Source of the DNA: a bacterium
GTDB taxonomy: Bacteria; Patescibacteriota; Minisyncoccia; UBA6257; JAGOQP01
Assembly: GCA_021780155.1 (NCBI GenBank)
Contig: JAJXZH010000011.1
Span: forward strand, 846-64,845
Length of the DNA stretch: 64,000 nt
Direction of reading: 5' to 3'
Positions 29,576-38,410 of this stretch are shown piece after piece. A program made the translations under genes and the position numbers. Every line of letters begins with the position of its first letter. Position 1 is the first letter of the stretch. The notes under the pieces are model-generated. The model saw only the letters and a list, made by a program, of their open reading frames with translations. It did not search any database and was not told the origin of the DNA.

Positions 29576-30892
29576 TTATGGATTAATTGTCGTCGTATTG
29601 GTCGTAGTAGAAGTTATTGGCGCAATCGGAGGAGGAGGAGCTATCGGAGTGGTCGTCGGAGCAGTTGTCGATGTAGTTGTTGGAGTAGTCAATGCATTCA
29701 CGGGCTGAGTTGATGCTACCGGCAATGCTTTCAATCTCTTTATAATATCAACCATCTGATTGTATGAAGTTGCCATAACCAAGTAATTATTTCCGCCGGC
29801 ATTCATCCAGGCGTATTCAAAAACATCGGCGCTTTTGAGATTATAAACCAAGTATCTAACCGAAACTCCATTAATGATACCTCCTTTAAAATCAACTTTT
29901 GAAGGAACGGCCGGACCTGAAACAAAAATATTTTTAACGTCCGAATAGGCGCCTTCAATTGTGGAACTAAATGAGGAAGATGCCTGGTCCAAACTTACCG
30001 AATTTTTTAATTTCAAGACTGTTCCAAATTTTGCTCCTCCAGTTTTGTCGTAATAAAGCCACGAGGTAAAATCTCTGTCGAAAATTTGACTCAACATCTG
30101 CGCTTCTCCCGGAAAATAAGATTTTAGAAATTGAGCCGATTCAATCGGAGTTGAACTGGCATCTACGAAAGCCAAATCCTTGACGCTTGAAGCGAGTAAT
30201 TTTTCCTTCGAGGAAGAGGCAACTGCCGACTGAAAATCTGGCAGATCAACCGGATTAATTACAAGAGTTTGAGATTTGGTCGGTTTTAAAATCAAAGATT
30301 GATGAACCAATGGAGGAATGACGGGGGCAACTGAAATTGGAGTAGTTGTAGGAGTGGTCGTGGGAGTGGAAGTGGGAGTTACCGGAGGGGCAAGTGCCGG
30401 CAAGCTGGCTGTTGTTGACGATTGAGTCGTTGAAGGAATTGAAATTTGAGGCGTTGAAGACAATCCCGAAACTAAATAATAAGCGCCGTACCCGATTCCT
30501 CCGGCAACTACTAATCCAAGAATTATAAATAGAATGGTTTTTAAATTAAGGCCAGGTTTTGGACTCGAAGCGGGTTGGCTATCGGATGGTTGATAAGAGG
30601 CCTGAGAAAATGGCGGCATCGACTCCGATTGAGATGGAGTTGTCGGCTGAGCGGGCGTTTCTTGCGCCGAATAATTTTGAACCGTCGGCGGTTGTTGTCC
30701 CATAGCCGACAATTCGGGAGTATTAATTATCTGAGATTGAGGGGCCTCTCCTCCACTTTGTTTCACTGATTCTAAATCGGATTGCATACTTCTCACGCCC
30801 ACTTGAGAATCCATCGATGGCGGTGGTGGCGGAATATTCGACGACTGATTTTGAGAATCGGGAAAATTGTACAGATTGGGATTGTTGTCCAT
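29576..30892 (-). CDS. membrane-anchored Pro/Thr/Ser-rich hypothetical protein
   Basis: Central TM. Extended P/T/S/Q low-complexity regions. Folded domain of unknown function. Confidence 0.35.
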   Translation of the reverse strand: MDNNPNLYNFPDSQNQSSNIPPPPPSMDSQVGVRSMQSDLESVKQSGGEAPQSQIINTPELSAMGQQPPTVQNYSAQETPAQPTTPSQSESMPPFSQASYQPSDSQPASSPKPGLNLKTILFIILGLVVAGGIGYGAYYLVSGLSSTPQISIPSTTQSSTTASLPALAPPVTPTSTPTTTPTTTPISVAPVIPPLVHQSLILKPTKSQTLVINPVDLPDFQSAVASSSKEKLLASSVKDLAFVDASSTPIESAQFLKSYFPGEAQMLSQIFDRDFTSWLYYDKTGGAKFGTVLKLKNSVSLDQASSSFSSTIEGAYSDVKNIFVSGPAVPSKVDFKGGIINGVSVRYLVYNLKSADVFEYAWMNAGGNNYLVMATSYNQMVDIIKRLKALPVASTQPVNALTTPTTTSTTAPTTTPIAPPPPIAPITSTTTNTTTINP

Positions 30893-30949
30893 AAAAATAT
30901 AATTTTAAATATAAATAAAAAACAAATGGCCTTTGAAAGATTATAGCAC

Positions 30950-30958
30950 AAAAGAACA
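30950..30958 (-). promoter_or_regulatory. extended -10 promoter (TGcTATAAT) for the 29576..30892 gene
   Basis: The minus-strand reading is TGTGCTATAAT, about 57 nt upstream of the ATG. Confidence 0.35.
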
Positions 30959-31284
30959 AAAAAACGATTGTGGATAACTTTTTATTTTTGAATCAATGAA
31001 AAATAACGCAAAATTCAATAAATTTTAATATCATAGATAAACACGCAAAGACAAATCTTTTGATTTCAAAAAACGAGGTGTACCCAAAACCCAAAAAACA
31101 AAAAATGTGTCGGGCATCATAACCATCTGTCTAAAATTCCGTTTAAAATATCCGAGCGATCAATGTGCGCGCAAATTAGAAAAACGGATAATTTTCCGTC
31201 CGATTTACGCCAAAATTACCAAAATGACAACCCCCAAGGGCAATCTGAGAGCCCAAACGGAGACAGACGGCCTTATGCAATTCC

Positions 31285-31312
31285 TTGACTTTCTGATTGA
31301 AACGAGTATAAT
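31285..31312 (+). promoter_or_regulatory. near-consensus sigma-70 promoter upstream of the 3D-domain gene
   Basis: TTGACT (31285-31290), a 16-nt spacer, then TATAAT (31307-31312). This predicts a ~125-nt 5' UTR. Confidence 0.45.
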
Positions 31313-31446
31313 TGTGATAAATCGTGCAAAAGGCGCGGTTTTTTGTTGCTTTGATAAAAAGCTCAATAGTAGATAAATTAACAAATGGCTTAAAATCTAA
31401 CTTTTTATTGGATTTTTAAGCTAAAATATAAGTAACCAAAAAAAAT

Positions 31447-31965
31447 ATGGGTAAACGTTTAAATTCAGTTCTGGTTTTTATAGCCGTTGCCACGGTTTTG
31501 GCCACTAATCTGACCACCAGCAGAATATCCGCTTCCGGATTTCTGGGGGCATTATATGGGGTAAAAACCAGCGCCCAAGAAGTTAATCCCGACAGAAGCC
31601 TGGCTTCCGACTCAAACACGAAGAATGATTCGGTCGTTGAGAGAAATTCGATCTCGGAACCAAGCAAAAGCAAGCAAATAAAAATCACGGTTACGGCCTA
31701 CACTAATGATCCGGCCGAAACCAAAGATTATGCCATCGGGATAACCGCGATGGGAACTCACACCAGAGATGGTGTCGCCGCCGCTAATTTTCTTCCTTTT
31801 GGAACAAAATTTCAGCTTCCGGAAATATACGGCGACAAGATATTTACCATAGAAGATAGAATGAATGTTAAATACAATAGTCAAAAAAGAGTGGATATCT
31901 GGATGTTAGAAAAGTCTCAAGCATTTTATTTCGGAAAGAAAACAACGGTTATGCAACTTCTTTAA
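31447..31965 (+). CDS. 3D-domain (MltA/YabE/Rpf-associated) cell-wall-binding protein, secreted
   Basis: Signal peptide. The C-terminal ITVTAYT...GITAMGTHTRDGVAAAN...DRMN pattern carries the conserved Asp residues of the 3D domain. Confidence 0.55.
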   Translation: MGKRLNSVLVFIAVATVLATNLTTSRISASGFLGALYGVKTSAQEVNPDRSLASDSNTKNDSVVERNSISEPSKSKQIKITVTAYTNDPAETKDYAIGITAMGTHTRDGVAAANFLPFGTKFQLPEIYGDKIFTIEDRMNVKYNSQKRVDIWMLEKSQAFYFGKKTTVMQLL

Positions 31966-31968
31966 ATC

Positions 31969-32040
31969 AAAATCCGCTTTTAAAGCGGATTTTGATTGTA
32001 AAAAAACCGCCCTTTGAATTTTATCTTGGGGCGGTTTTTT
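31969..32040. terminator. convergent rho-independent terminators
   Basis: Hairpin AAAATCCGCTTTTAAAGCGGATTTT for the plus-strand gene. Hairpin CCGCCC-N15-GGGGCGG with a T-run serves pnp on the minus strand. Confidence 0.5.
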
Positions 32041-32074
32041 ATTCCGTCTTAAAAACAAAACCTACAAATTAAAA

Positions 32075-34261
32075 TCAATTTGATTGCTCTGGCTGAGAAT
32101 TTGTCTTTCCGTTTGCTATTTGGTCTTTTGTTGTTGAAAGCGCCTTGATTGAAAGTCCAATTTTACCATTCTCGTCAACTTTAATGACTTTTGCCTTAAC
32201 CGTCTGACCCTGCTTTAAAACATCGGTAATTTTATTAACAAATCCACTTTTCACTTCAGAAATGTGAATCATTCCATCTCTGCCTCCGCCCAAATCGACG
32301 ATTGCTCCAAATTCCAAAAGTTTTATAATCGGTCCCTCTACAATTTCTCCAATTTCATACTCTTTAGTCATTCCATTTATCAAACTAATCGCTTTTTTGG
32401 CGCTTTCAGGATCGGTAGACGCGACAAAAACCTTTCCATCATCGTCAATATCAATAGAAATCAGCCCGTATTTTTCTATAATTCCATTAATCATTTTTCC
32501 ACCTGGACCAATAACCATTCCGATTTGATACGGTTTGACCTGAGTGAGCATAATAATTGGCGCGTAAGGGGAAAGCTGTTTTTTGGGTTCCGGTAAAACC
32601 TTTGCCATAACATCCAAAATTTCAAATCTGGCTTTTTGCGCCTGATCAATTGCTTGAGAAAAAATATCAGAAGTAATGCCTTCAATTTTAACATCCATCT
32701 GTAAGGCATTGACTCCGTCTCTGGTCCCGGCAACTTTCAAATCCATATCGCCATAATGATCTTCCGGTCCTTGAATATCGGTTAATACTTTAAAATCTGG
32801 GCTATTTTTTTTCGATTCATATCCTTCATAAGTTATAAGTCCCATTGCTATTCCGGCAACCGGTTTTTTAATCGGGACACCGGCATCCATCAAAGACAGA
32901 CACCCGGCGCAAGTGGTTGCCATCGAAGATGACCCGTTAGAAGACAAAACCTCTGAAACAATTCTAATGGTGTACGGAAATTCTTCTTGACTTGGTATTA
33001 CCGCTTCAAGCGCTTTTTTAGCCAAAGCTCCATGACCTATTTCTCTTCTCCCGGGCATTCCAACTCTTCCCGTTTCTCCCGTTGAATAAGGAGGAAAATT
33101 ATAGTGGAGCATAAATCTTCGTTTGAAAGAATTTTCCATTGTTTCTACTACCTGCTCCGAACCTGGAGCAGCCAAAGTAGTAACAGCCAACGCTTGAGTC
33201 TCTCCGCGCGAAAACAAAGCCGAACCATGCAATCTTTTAAAAAGACCGGTTTCGGCATAAAGTTCTCTGATTTCATCAAGCTTCCTTCCATCGGGTCTTT
33301 TTCCTGATTCTAAAATATTTTTATGAACAATGTCGTTTATGGCATCTTCCCAAATAGGCAGAACGTCGGATAAATTATCAACTTTTAATTCTTTCAAGTG
33401 CGCATAAAGCTCTTCCTCTAATTGAGAAAGTGAATTGTCTCTTTCGGTTTTCCCTTTTCCGTAAAGCGCTTCTTCCAATCTAGGGGCAATAAAATTAATA
33501 ACCGTTTCTTTTAATGCCGGATCTGTTTCCTTAAGAGCAACTTGAGTTTTGGGTCTTCCTATTTGAGAAATAATTTCTTTTTGAAAAGCTATCAGTTTTT
33601 TTATCTCTATGTGGCTATCGGAAAAAACTTTTTGTAAGTTTTCTTTAACAACGCTTTTTCCGCCGAGTTCAATCATATTAACTCTATTTTGAGTTCCGGA
33701 AAAGAATGAATCAAAAGAACCTTCCTCTTTCAAAATTTCTTCAACTTGAGAATTGGTTGGATTAAAAACAAAACCCTTTGATGGCGAATAAGCGGCTCTT
33801 ATTCCACCGATTGGTCCATTCCAAGGAATATCGGAAATGGATAAAACCAAAGAAGAAGTTACTTGTGCCAAAAAGTCCGGGTCATTTTCTTCATCGTAAG
33901 ATAAGATAGTAACAACTAATTGGACTTCGCGTCTCAATCGACTATCAAAAAGAGGACGAACGGATCGGTCTATTAAGCGCCCAGAAAGAACCGCCAAATC
34001 CGAAGGCCTCCCCTCTCTGCGAACAAATCGGCTGCCAATAATTTTTCCGGCGGCATAAAATCTTTCTTCATAATCAACGGTGAGCGGAAAATAATCCGTT
34101 GCCTTGTCTTGTTTTCCCATAACTGCGGTCACCAAAACCGAAGTATCTCCATATTGTCCAATGACAGCGGCGTTTGCCTGACCGGCAATATCGGAAATTA
34201 TAAATTTTAATTCTCTGTCGTGGAACGGAAGAGTAAACTCTTTTTTGTTTTTAAGCTGCAT
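32075..34261 (-). CDS. pnp: polyribonucleotide nucleotidyltransferase (PNPase)
   Basis: Two RNase PH domains, a KH domain, and a C-terminal S1 domain (GEIVEGPIIKLLEFGAIV). 728 aa. Confidence 0.95.
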   Translation of the reverse strand: MQLKNKKEFTLPFHDRELKFIISDIAGQANAAVIGQYGDTSVLVTAVMGKQDKATDYFPLTVDYEERFYAAGKIIGSRFVRREGRPSDLAVLSGRLIDRSVRPLFDSRLRREVQLVVTILSYDEENDPDFLAQVTSSLVLSISDIPWNGPIGGIRAAYSPSKGFVFNPTNSQVEEILKEEGSFDSFFSGTQNRVNMIELGGKSVVKENLQKVFSDSHIEIKKLIAFQKEIISQIGRPKTQVALKETDPALKETVINFIAPRLEEALYGKGKTERDNSLSQLEEELYAHLKELKVDNLSDVLPIWEDAINDIVHKNILESGKRPDGRKLDEIRELYAETGLFKRLHGSALFSRGETQALAVTTLAAPGSEQVVETMENSFKRRFMLHYNFPPYSTGETGRVGMPGRREIGHGALAKKALEAVIPSQEEFPYTIRIVSEVLSSNGSSSMATTCAGCLSLMDAGVPIKKPVAGIAMGLITYEGYESKKNSPDFKVLTDIQGPEDHYGDMDLKVAGTRDGVNALQMDVKIEGITSDIFSQAIDQAQKARFEILDVMAKVLPEPKKQLSPYAPIIMLTQVKPYQIGMVIGPGGKMINGIIEKYGLISIDIDDDGKVFVASTDPESAKKAISLINGMTKEYEIGEIVEGPIIKLLEFGAIVDLGGGRDGMIHISEVKSGFVNKITDVLKQGQTVKAKVIKVDENGKIGLSIKALSTTKDQIANGKTNSQPEQSN

Positions 34262-34414
34262 ATATTTTTTGCCTCAAACCCACACCTCTCCGCTTCAAGC
34301 GGATCCGCCCATCAAGGCGGAAAAATCTCAGAGCTGGCGCCCAAATAAATATTTGAGCAACAATTCTGAGTTTTGACGAATGAGTTTTTTGGACTGATTA
34401 ATTATATTTTATAT

Positions 34415-34930
34415 TTATCGACGACTTAATTTAGTTTTAAATAATACTTTTGAATTCTCATCCAAATCAATAAATGTGTCAACTGATTCTTTTAATTTAG
34501 AAGAGGAACTTCTGCCAAAAGAGGCGCACTCAACCTGCTTACCCTCGCCCCATTTTAAATATTCAACCAATGGAATAAAATCTCCATCTCCGGTAATCAA
34601 AATCACCACATCCAAAGATTTTGCCATTCTGATTGCATCAACCGCCATCCCCACATCCCAGTCGGCTTTTTTAGCGCCTCCGGAAAAAACTTGAAGGTCT
34701 TTCATTCTCAATTCTATTCCACTTTTTTCCAAAGCCTCAAAAAAAGCGCCCTCTCCGGCGGAGATGTCGCTTTTAACCACGTATCCTATGGCGCGGATTA
34801 GCTGTCTTGGACCAACAACCAATTTTACAAGCTCGGAAAAGTTAACCCTTGAACCATAAAGATGCTTTGCCGAGTGATACAAATTTTGAACATCCACGAA
34901 AATTCCGACTCGTTGGTCTTTGTAGCGCAT
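34415..34930 (-). CDS. NYN-domain (LabA/YacP-like PIN-fold) putative ribonuclease
   Basis: VGIFVDVQNL...DVGMAVDAI...VVILITGDGDFIPLV carries the NYN acidic residues. Confidence 0.65.
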   Translation of the reverse strand: MRYKDQRVGIFVDVQNLYHSAKHLYGSRVNFSELVKLVVGPRQLIRAIGYVVKSDISAGEGAFFEALEKSGIELRMKDLQVFSGGAKKADWDVGMAVDAIRMAKSLDVVILITGDGDFIPLVEYLKWGEGKQVECASFGRSSSSKLKESVDTFIDLDENSKVLFKTKLSRR

Positions 34931-34966
34931 AAAATTTATTTTAAAATATTATCAAAAAACGACAAA

Positions 34967-35233
34967 TTATTTTTTCAAACCAAGTTTTTTGATGAGTTTA
35001 GCGTATGCCTTTTCATCTTCTTTGGAAAGAAATTCCAAAAGTTTTCTTCTTTTTGAAACCATCTTCAAAAGTCCTCTTCGCGAGGATTGGTCTTTGGGAT
35101 TTGATTTTAAGTGCTTGGTCAGTTCGTCAATCTGCCTTGAAGTAAGCGCAATCTGAACCTGCGCCGAACCGGTATCGCTTTCATGCGATTGAACATCGTT
35201 TATAATTTTTGTTTTTATTCTTTTTGTAAGCAT
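34967..35233 (-). CDS. rpsO: 30S ribosomal protein uS15. The ORF-track start is too far upstream, and the likely true start is MLTKRIK.
   Basis: HESDTGSAQVQIALTSRQIDELTKHL...SRRGLLKMVSKRRKLLEFL...LGL aligns with S15. The first 22 codons of the track ORF are hydrophobic and do not resemble S15. Confidence 0.8.
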   Translation of the reverse strand: MLTKRIKTKIINDVQSHESDTGSAQVQIALTSRQIDELTKHLKSNPKDQSSRRGLLKMVSKRRKLLEFLSKEDEKAYAKLIKKLGLKK

Positions 35234-35362
35234 TAAAAAAAGTATATAAAAAATAAACAATAAAGTCAACCCACTATCAATCTTTAAATTAAAAAACAAA
35301 TCTGATTTGGCTCTCCATAATGTGTCGCAAAATAAAAAATATGGTAAAATATAAGAACAAAA

Positions 35363-36277
35363 ATGAATGAAGTTGAAAAATACATAAAAGAATATCTTGA
35401 TTATCTGGAAGTGGAAAAAAATCGCTCACCAAAAACGATAGAAAATTATCGTCGATATTTGAATTTTTTTGTCAAAATTTCCGAAATAAAAACCATTAAA
35501 GACGTTAACTCGGAAAACATCCGCCAATTCCGCCTCAATTTAGCAAGAAGGGCCGGTGAAGAAGGGGATTTTCTCAAAAAAACAACTCAAAGTTATTACG
35601 TGATAGCCATAAGAAATTTTTTGAAATATCTCATAAAAAATTCAATCAAAACTTATACTTCTCCCGAACAGATAGAACTACCAAAAATTTCCCAAAGGCA
35701 AATCGAGATTATTGAATATCCGGAATTGGAGAGATTTTTAAACAGTCCGTCGGGAGATTCCTTAAGAATTTTGAGGGATAAGGCGATTTTGGAAACCCTC
35801 TTTTCGACCGGACTTCGTATTTCCGAACTTTGTTCACTCTCAAGATATCAGGATTTTGAAAGAGGTGAAATAACTGTCAGAGGCAAGGGAGGAAAATTAA
35901 GAGTGGTATTTTTTTCCGACGACGCCAAACAAACAATCGCAAAATATCTGGAAAAAAGAAGCGACGCGGAAGAGGCACTTTTTGTAAGTTTGAGTAAATC
36001 AAAAAATCCAAAAGTCATAGGAAGAATTATTCCCCGCGCAATTCAGAGATTGGTCAGATATTATGCTAAAAAATCCGGAATATTGGGCAAGGTAACTCCT
36101 CATCAGTTAAGACATCAATTTGCCACAGATCTTTTAATGAACGGCGCAGACATTCGTTCGGTTCAAGCGCTTTTGGGGCACGCCAACATTGCCACTACCC
36201 AAATCTATACCCACGTCACCAATAAAGAGCTCAAAGAAATCCACAAATCATTCCATGGCAAAAGAAGAAGCAATTGA
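35363..36277 (+). CDS. tyrosine site-specific recombinase (XerC/XerD-type integrase)
   Basis: SAM-like N-terminal domain. Catalytic R...HxxR...Y region (LRHQFATDL...HANIATTQIYTHV). Confidence 0.85.
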   Translation: MNEVEKYIKEYLDYLEVEKNRSPKTIENYRRYLNFFVKISEIKTIKDVNSENIRQFRLNLARRAGEEGDFLKKTTQSYYVIAIRNFLKYLIKNSIKTYTSPEQIELPKISQRQIEIIEYPELERFLNSPSGDSLRILRDKAILETLFSTGLRISELCSLSRYQDFERGEITVRGKGGKLRVVFFSDDAKQTIAKYLEKRSDAEEALFVSLSKSKNPKVIGRIIPRAIQRLVRYYAKKSGILGKVTPHQLRHQFATDLLMNGADIRSVQALLGHANIATTQIYTHVTNKELKEIHKSFHGKRRSN

Positions 36278-36320
36278 TTTTTAACTATTGAAAATAGTAT
36301 CATTTATCTAAATAACGAAA

Positions 36321-36408
36321 GCCGAGGTGGCGAAATTGGCTATACGCACTAGCTTTAGGAGCTAGCGCTCGAAAGAGCATGCGGGTTCAACTCCCGCCCT
36401 CGGCACCA
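36321..36408 (+). tRNA. tRNA-Leu (anticodon UAG) with encoded CCA
   Basis: Hand-folded cloverleaf. Acceptor GCCGAGG/CCTCGGC. Anticodon stem CTAGC/GCTAG with loop TTTAGGA. 15-nt variable arm. T-arm GCGGG-TTCAACT-CCCGC. Discriminator A followed by CCA. Confidence 0.85.
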
Positions 36409-36412
36409 AAAC

Positions 36413-36439
36413 AAAAATCCGCCTTCAAAGCGGATTTTT
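36413..36439. terminator. bidirectional rho-independent terminator
   Basis: AAAAATCCGCCTTCAAAGCGGATTTTT is a perfect hairpin flanked by an A-run and a T-run. It lies between tRNA-Leu (+) and the first pilin paralog (-). Confidence 0.6.
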
Positions 36440-36462
36440 GTTAATAAATAAAATTTATTTTT

Positions 36463-36831
36463 CTATTGAGTAAGTCCGGAAGACAATGAACTCTGAACCA
36501 AGCTTACCACTCCATAAGAGAGCAAGGCAACGACTATGCCAACGATGGCATAAATCAGTTCCTGTTTGGCTTTTTTGGTTGTTTCCGTGTCCCCCTTGCT
36601 GGTAATGAAATGAAAAGCTGACAAAAGAATAAAAAGAACCGCGACAATAAAGATTATGTAATAGAACCATTTAACTACGGTAACTAACATTCCAACCCAA
36701 CCACTTATAGTAGTAGTATTCCCATAAGTAGGACCGAGATTAATAGGGGTTGTGGGCTGAGCGAAAACCGATACTCCTACCGCAAACAACAGAATCACCA
36801 ATCCAATTGACGCAAATATTTTTTTAACCAT
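36463..36831 (-). CDS. VirB2/TrbC-like T4SS pilin-family protein (paralog A)
   Basis: Signal peptide, variable region, then TM1-(SKGDTETTKKAKQEL)-TM2 hairpin (YAIVGIVVALLSYG), as in the other paralogs. Confidence 0.5.
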   Translation of the reverse strand: MVKKIFASIGLVILLFAVGVSVFAQPTTPINLGPTYGNTTTISGWVGMLVTVVKWFYYIIFIVAVLFILLSAFHFITSKGDTETTKKAKQELIYAIVGIVVALLSYGVVSLVQSSLSSGLTQ

Positions 36832-36903
36832 GATTTTTTTTATCGTTACGACCTTTACTTTTTAATATTTTTAATAATAGCATAAACATTTAATAATCTC
36901 AAA

Positions 36904-37296
36904 TCAATTCGCACCTCTGCTTTGCAAAAACTGAGTAATTGTCCAAGAAACACCGGAAGCAATCAGAGCTACGACTATAGCAATAATCGCATATTTTAAT
37001 TGAGACTTAGCCGTTTCTGCCTTCTTTTCATTTGCCCCTCCTTGGAGAAAATTGTAGGCCGCCAAAAGAATAAATAAAACGGCAACTACAAAAAATATAA
37101 CATAAATCCACTTAACTATACTAATCAATATATACCAGAATTGAGTAACGCCAGTTATCGGAGAAGAAATTTCGCTGTTTCCAAAAGGGTTTATATATCC
37201 TTCATTTACTGCGAAAACTTCAAAAATGCCGGTTGTCAAAAATATGGTTATAAATAAAAATGGCAATATCTTTAATAATTTTTTTTGTTTAAACAT
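36904..37296 (-). CDS. VirB2/TrbC-like T4SS pilin-family protein (paralog B)
   Basis: VKWIYVIFFVVAVLFILLAAYNFLQGGANEKKAETAKSQLKYAIIAIVVALIASG is the conserved core. Confidence 0.55.
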   Translation of the reverse strand: MFKQKKLLKILPFLFITIFLTTGIFEVFAVNEGYINPFGNSEISSPITGVTQFWYILISIVKWIYVIFFVVAVLFILLAAYNFLQGGANEKKAETAKSQLKYAIIAIVVALIASGVSWTITQFLQSRGAN

Positions 37297-37311
37297 AAAT
37301 TTAAATTTATT

Positions 37312-37698
37312 TTAATAAACTCCTCCGCTACCAAGAAATTGAGCGATAATAAATGAAAGACCCGAAGCAATAAGTGCGACAACTATAGAAATAGCGGCAT
37401 ATTTTAGCTGTCCTTTGGCAATCTCTATCTTTTTTTCGTTTGTTCCTCCTTGAATAAAATTATAAGCCGCCATCAGAATAAAAATAACTGCCACCACAAA
37501 AAATGCTCTATAAATCCAAATAACAATATTTCTTATAATATCAAACACGCCGTTCACGCTATTGACCGGAGATGCCGTATTTCCTGTGTTAAAAGGAGCA
37601 ATATTAACTCCGGAGGTATCCGGCGATCCGGCGGCAAGAACGATTATCGGCAACATCATCATAATTGCAGCCAATGATAAAAAAAACTTTTTTTTCAT
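37312..37698 (-). CDS. VirB2/TrbC-like T4SS pilin-family protein (paralog C)
   Basis: Core AVIFILMAAYNFIQGGTNEKKIEIAKGQLKYAAISIVVALIASG is nearly identical to paralog B. Confidence 0.55.
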   Translation of the reverse strand: MKKKFFLSLAAIMMMLPIIVLAAGSPDTSGVNIAPFNTGNTASPVNSVNGVFDIIRNIVIWIYRAFFVVAVIFILMAAYNFIQGGTNEKKIEIAKGQLKYAAISIVVALIASGLSFIIAQFLGSGGVY

Positions 37699-37712
37699 AT
37701 TTTTGATATTAA

Positions 37713-38030
37713 TTATTTATTACCCAAAAATGTATTTATTATTGTAGCAACTCCCGAAGCGGTTAGAGCGATAACCAAAGCAATAACGGCATATTTCAAC
37801 TGAGCTTTAGCGGTTTCTATTTTTTTGGGATTATCTCCTCCCTGAAGATAATTAAATGCCGCCAAAAGAATAAATCCGACAACAACAATATAAAAAGCTT
37901 CATACATATAAGTGACGGCTTTTTGCATCAAGGCAATAATATCATCAGCGGTATTTATTTGAGCAAATGCCACCATCGGAAATCCGGAAATAATCGCCGC
38001 CGCTATAATTGATTTTGTTTTATTTTTCAT
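37713..38030 (-). CDS. VirB2/TrbC-like T4SS pilin-family protein (paralog D)
   Basis: Core FILLAAFNYLQGGDNPKKIETAKAQLKYAVIALVIALTASG. Confidence 0.55.
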   Translation of the reverse strand: MKNKTKSIIAAAIISGFPMVAFAQINTADDIIALMQKAVTYMYEAFYIVVVGFILLAAFNYLQGGDNPKKIETAKAQLKYAVIALVIALTASGVATIINTFLGNK

Positions 38031-38050
38031 ATTTAAATATTTTTATTAAA

Positions 38051-38386
38051 TTAAGCGCCAATGAAATTTTTAACTACCGCCGCTATTCCTTTTGCCGCAA
38101 GAACTACGGCCATTCCGACAATCGTATAAGTAATCGTTTTCTTCCCTTGAGCAAATTTGCTTTCATTGCCGGCGGCGCCAAGCATTTGAAACGCTCCGAC
38201 AAGCAACATTATAACAAAAACGGGAGAAGCAAGTTCAACAATAAATGTCGCAATTTTATCAACCAAATCGGGCACGGTAGTGACAGACAACGGATTGGGC
38301 AGAGAAACTCCACCGTTATCGGCGGCACTGGCAACTATCGGTATCCCCGAAACAAAGATAAATAGCGAATAGAAGATTTTTTTCAT
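38051..38386 (-). CDS. VirB2/TrbC-like T4SS pilin-family protein (paralog E, divergent)
   Basis: Same architecture, with a divergent loop AAGNESKFAQGKKTITYTIVGMAVVLAAKG. Confidence 0.45.
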   Translation of the reverse strand: MKKIFYSLFIFVSGIPIVASAADNGGVSLPNPLSVTTVPDLVDKIATFIVELASPVFVIMLLVGAFQMLGAAGNESKFAQGKKTITYTIVGMAVVLAAKGIAAVVKNFIGA

Positions 38387-38410
38387 ATTTTATTTATTAT
38401 AGACATTATA

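Noticed and set aside
31107-31376. 89-aa ORF in the divergent intergenic region
   Set aside because: It overlaps the predicted promoter of the downstream gene, has no RBS, and has no recognisable fold.
31416-31884. Two ~90-aa ORFs antisense to the 3D-domain gene
   Set aside because: They are antisense to a gene that has a signal peptide and a conserved 3D motif.
35363-36277. Prophage attached to the integrase
   Set aside because: There are no capsid, terminase, portal or tail genes anywhere in the window. The recombinase is XerC/D-sized.
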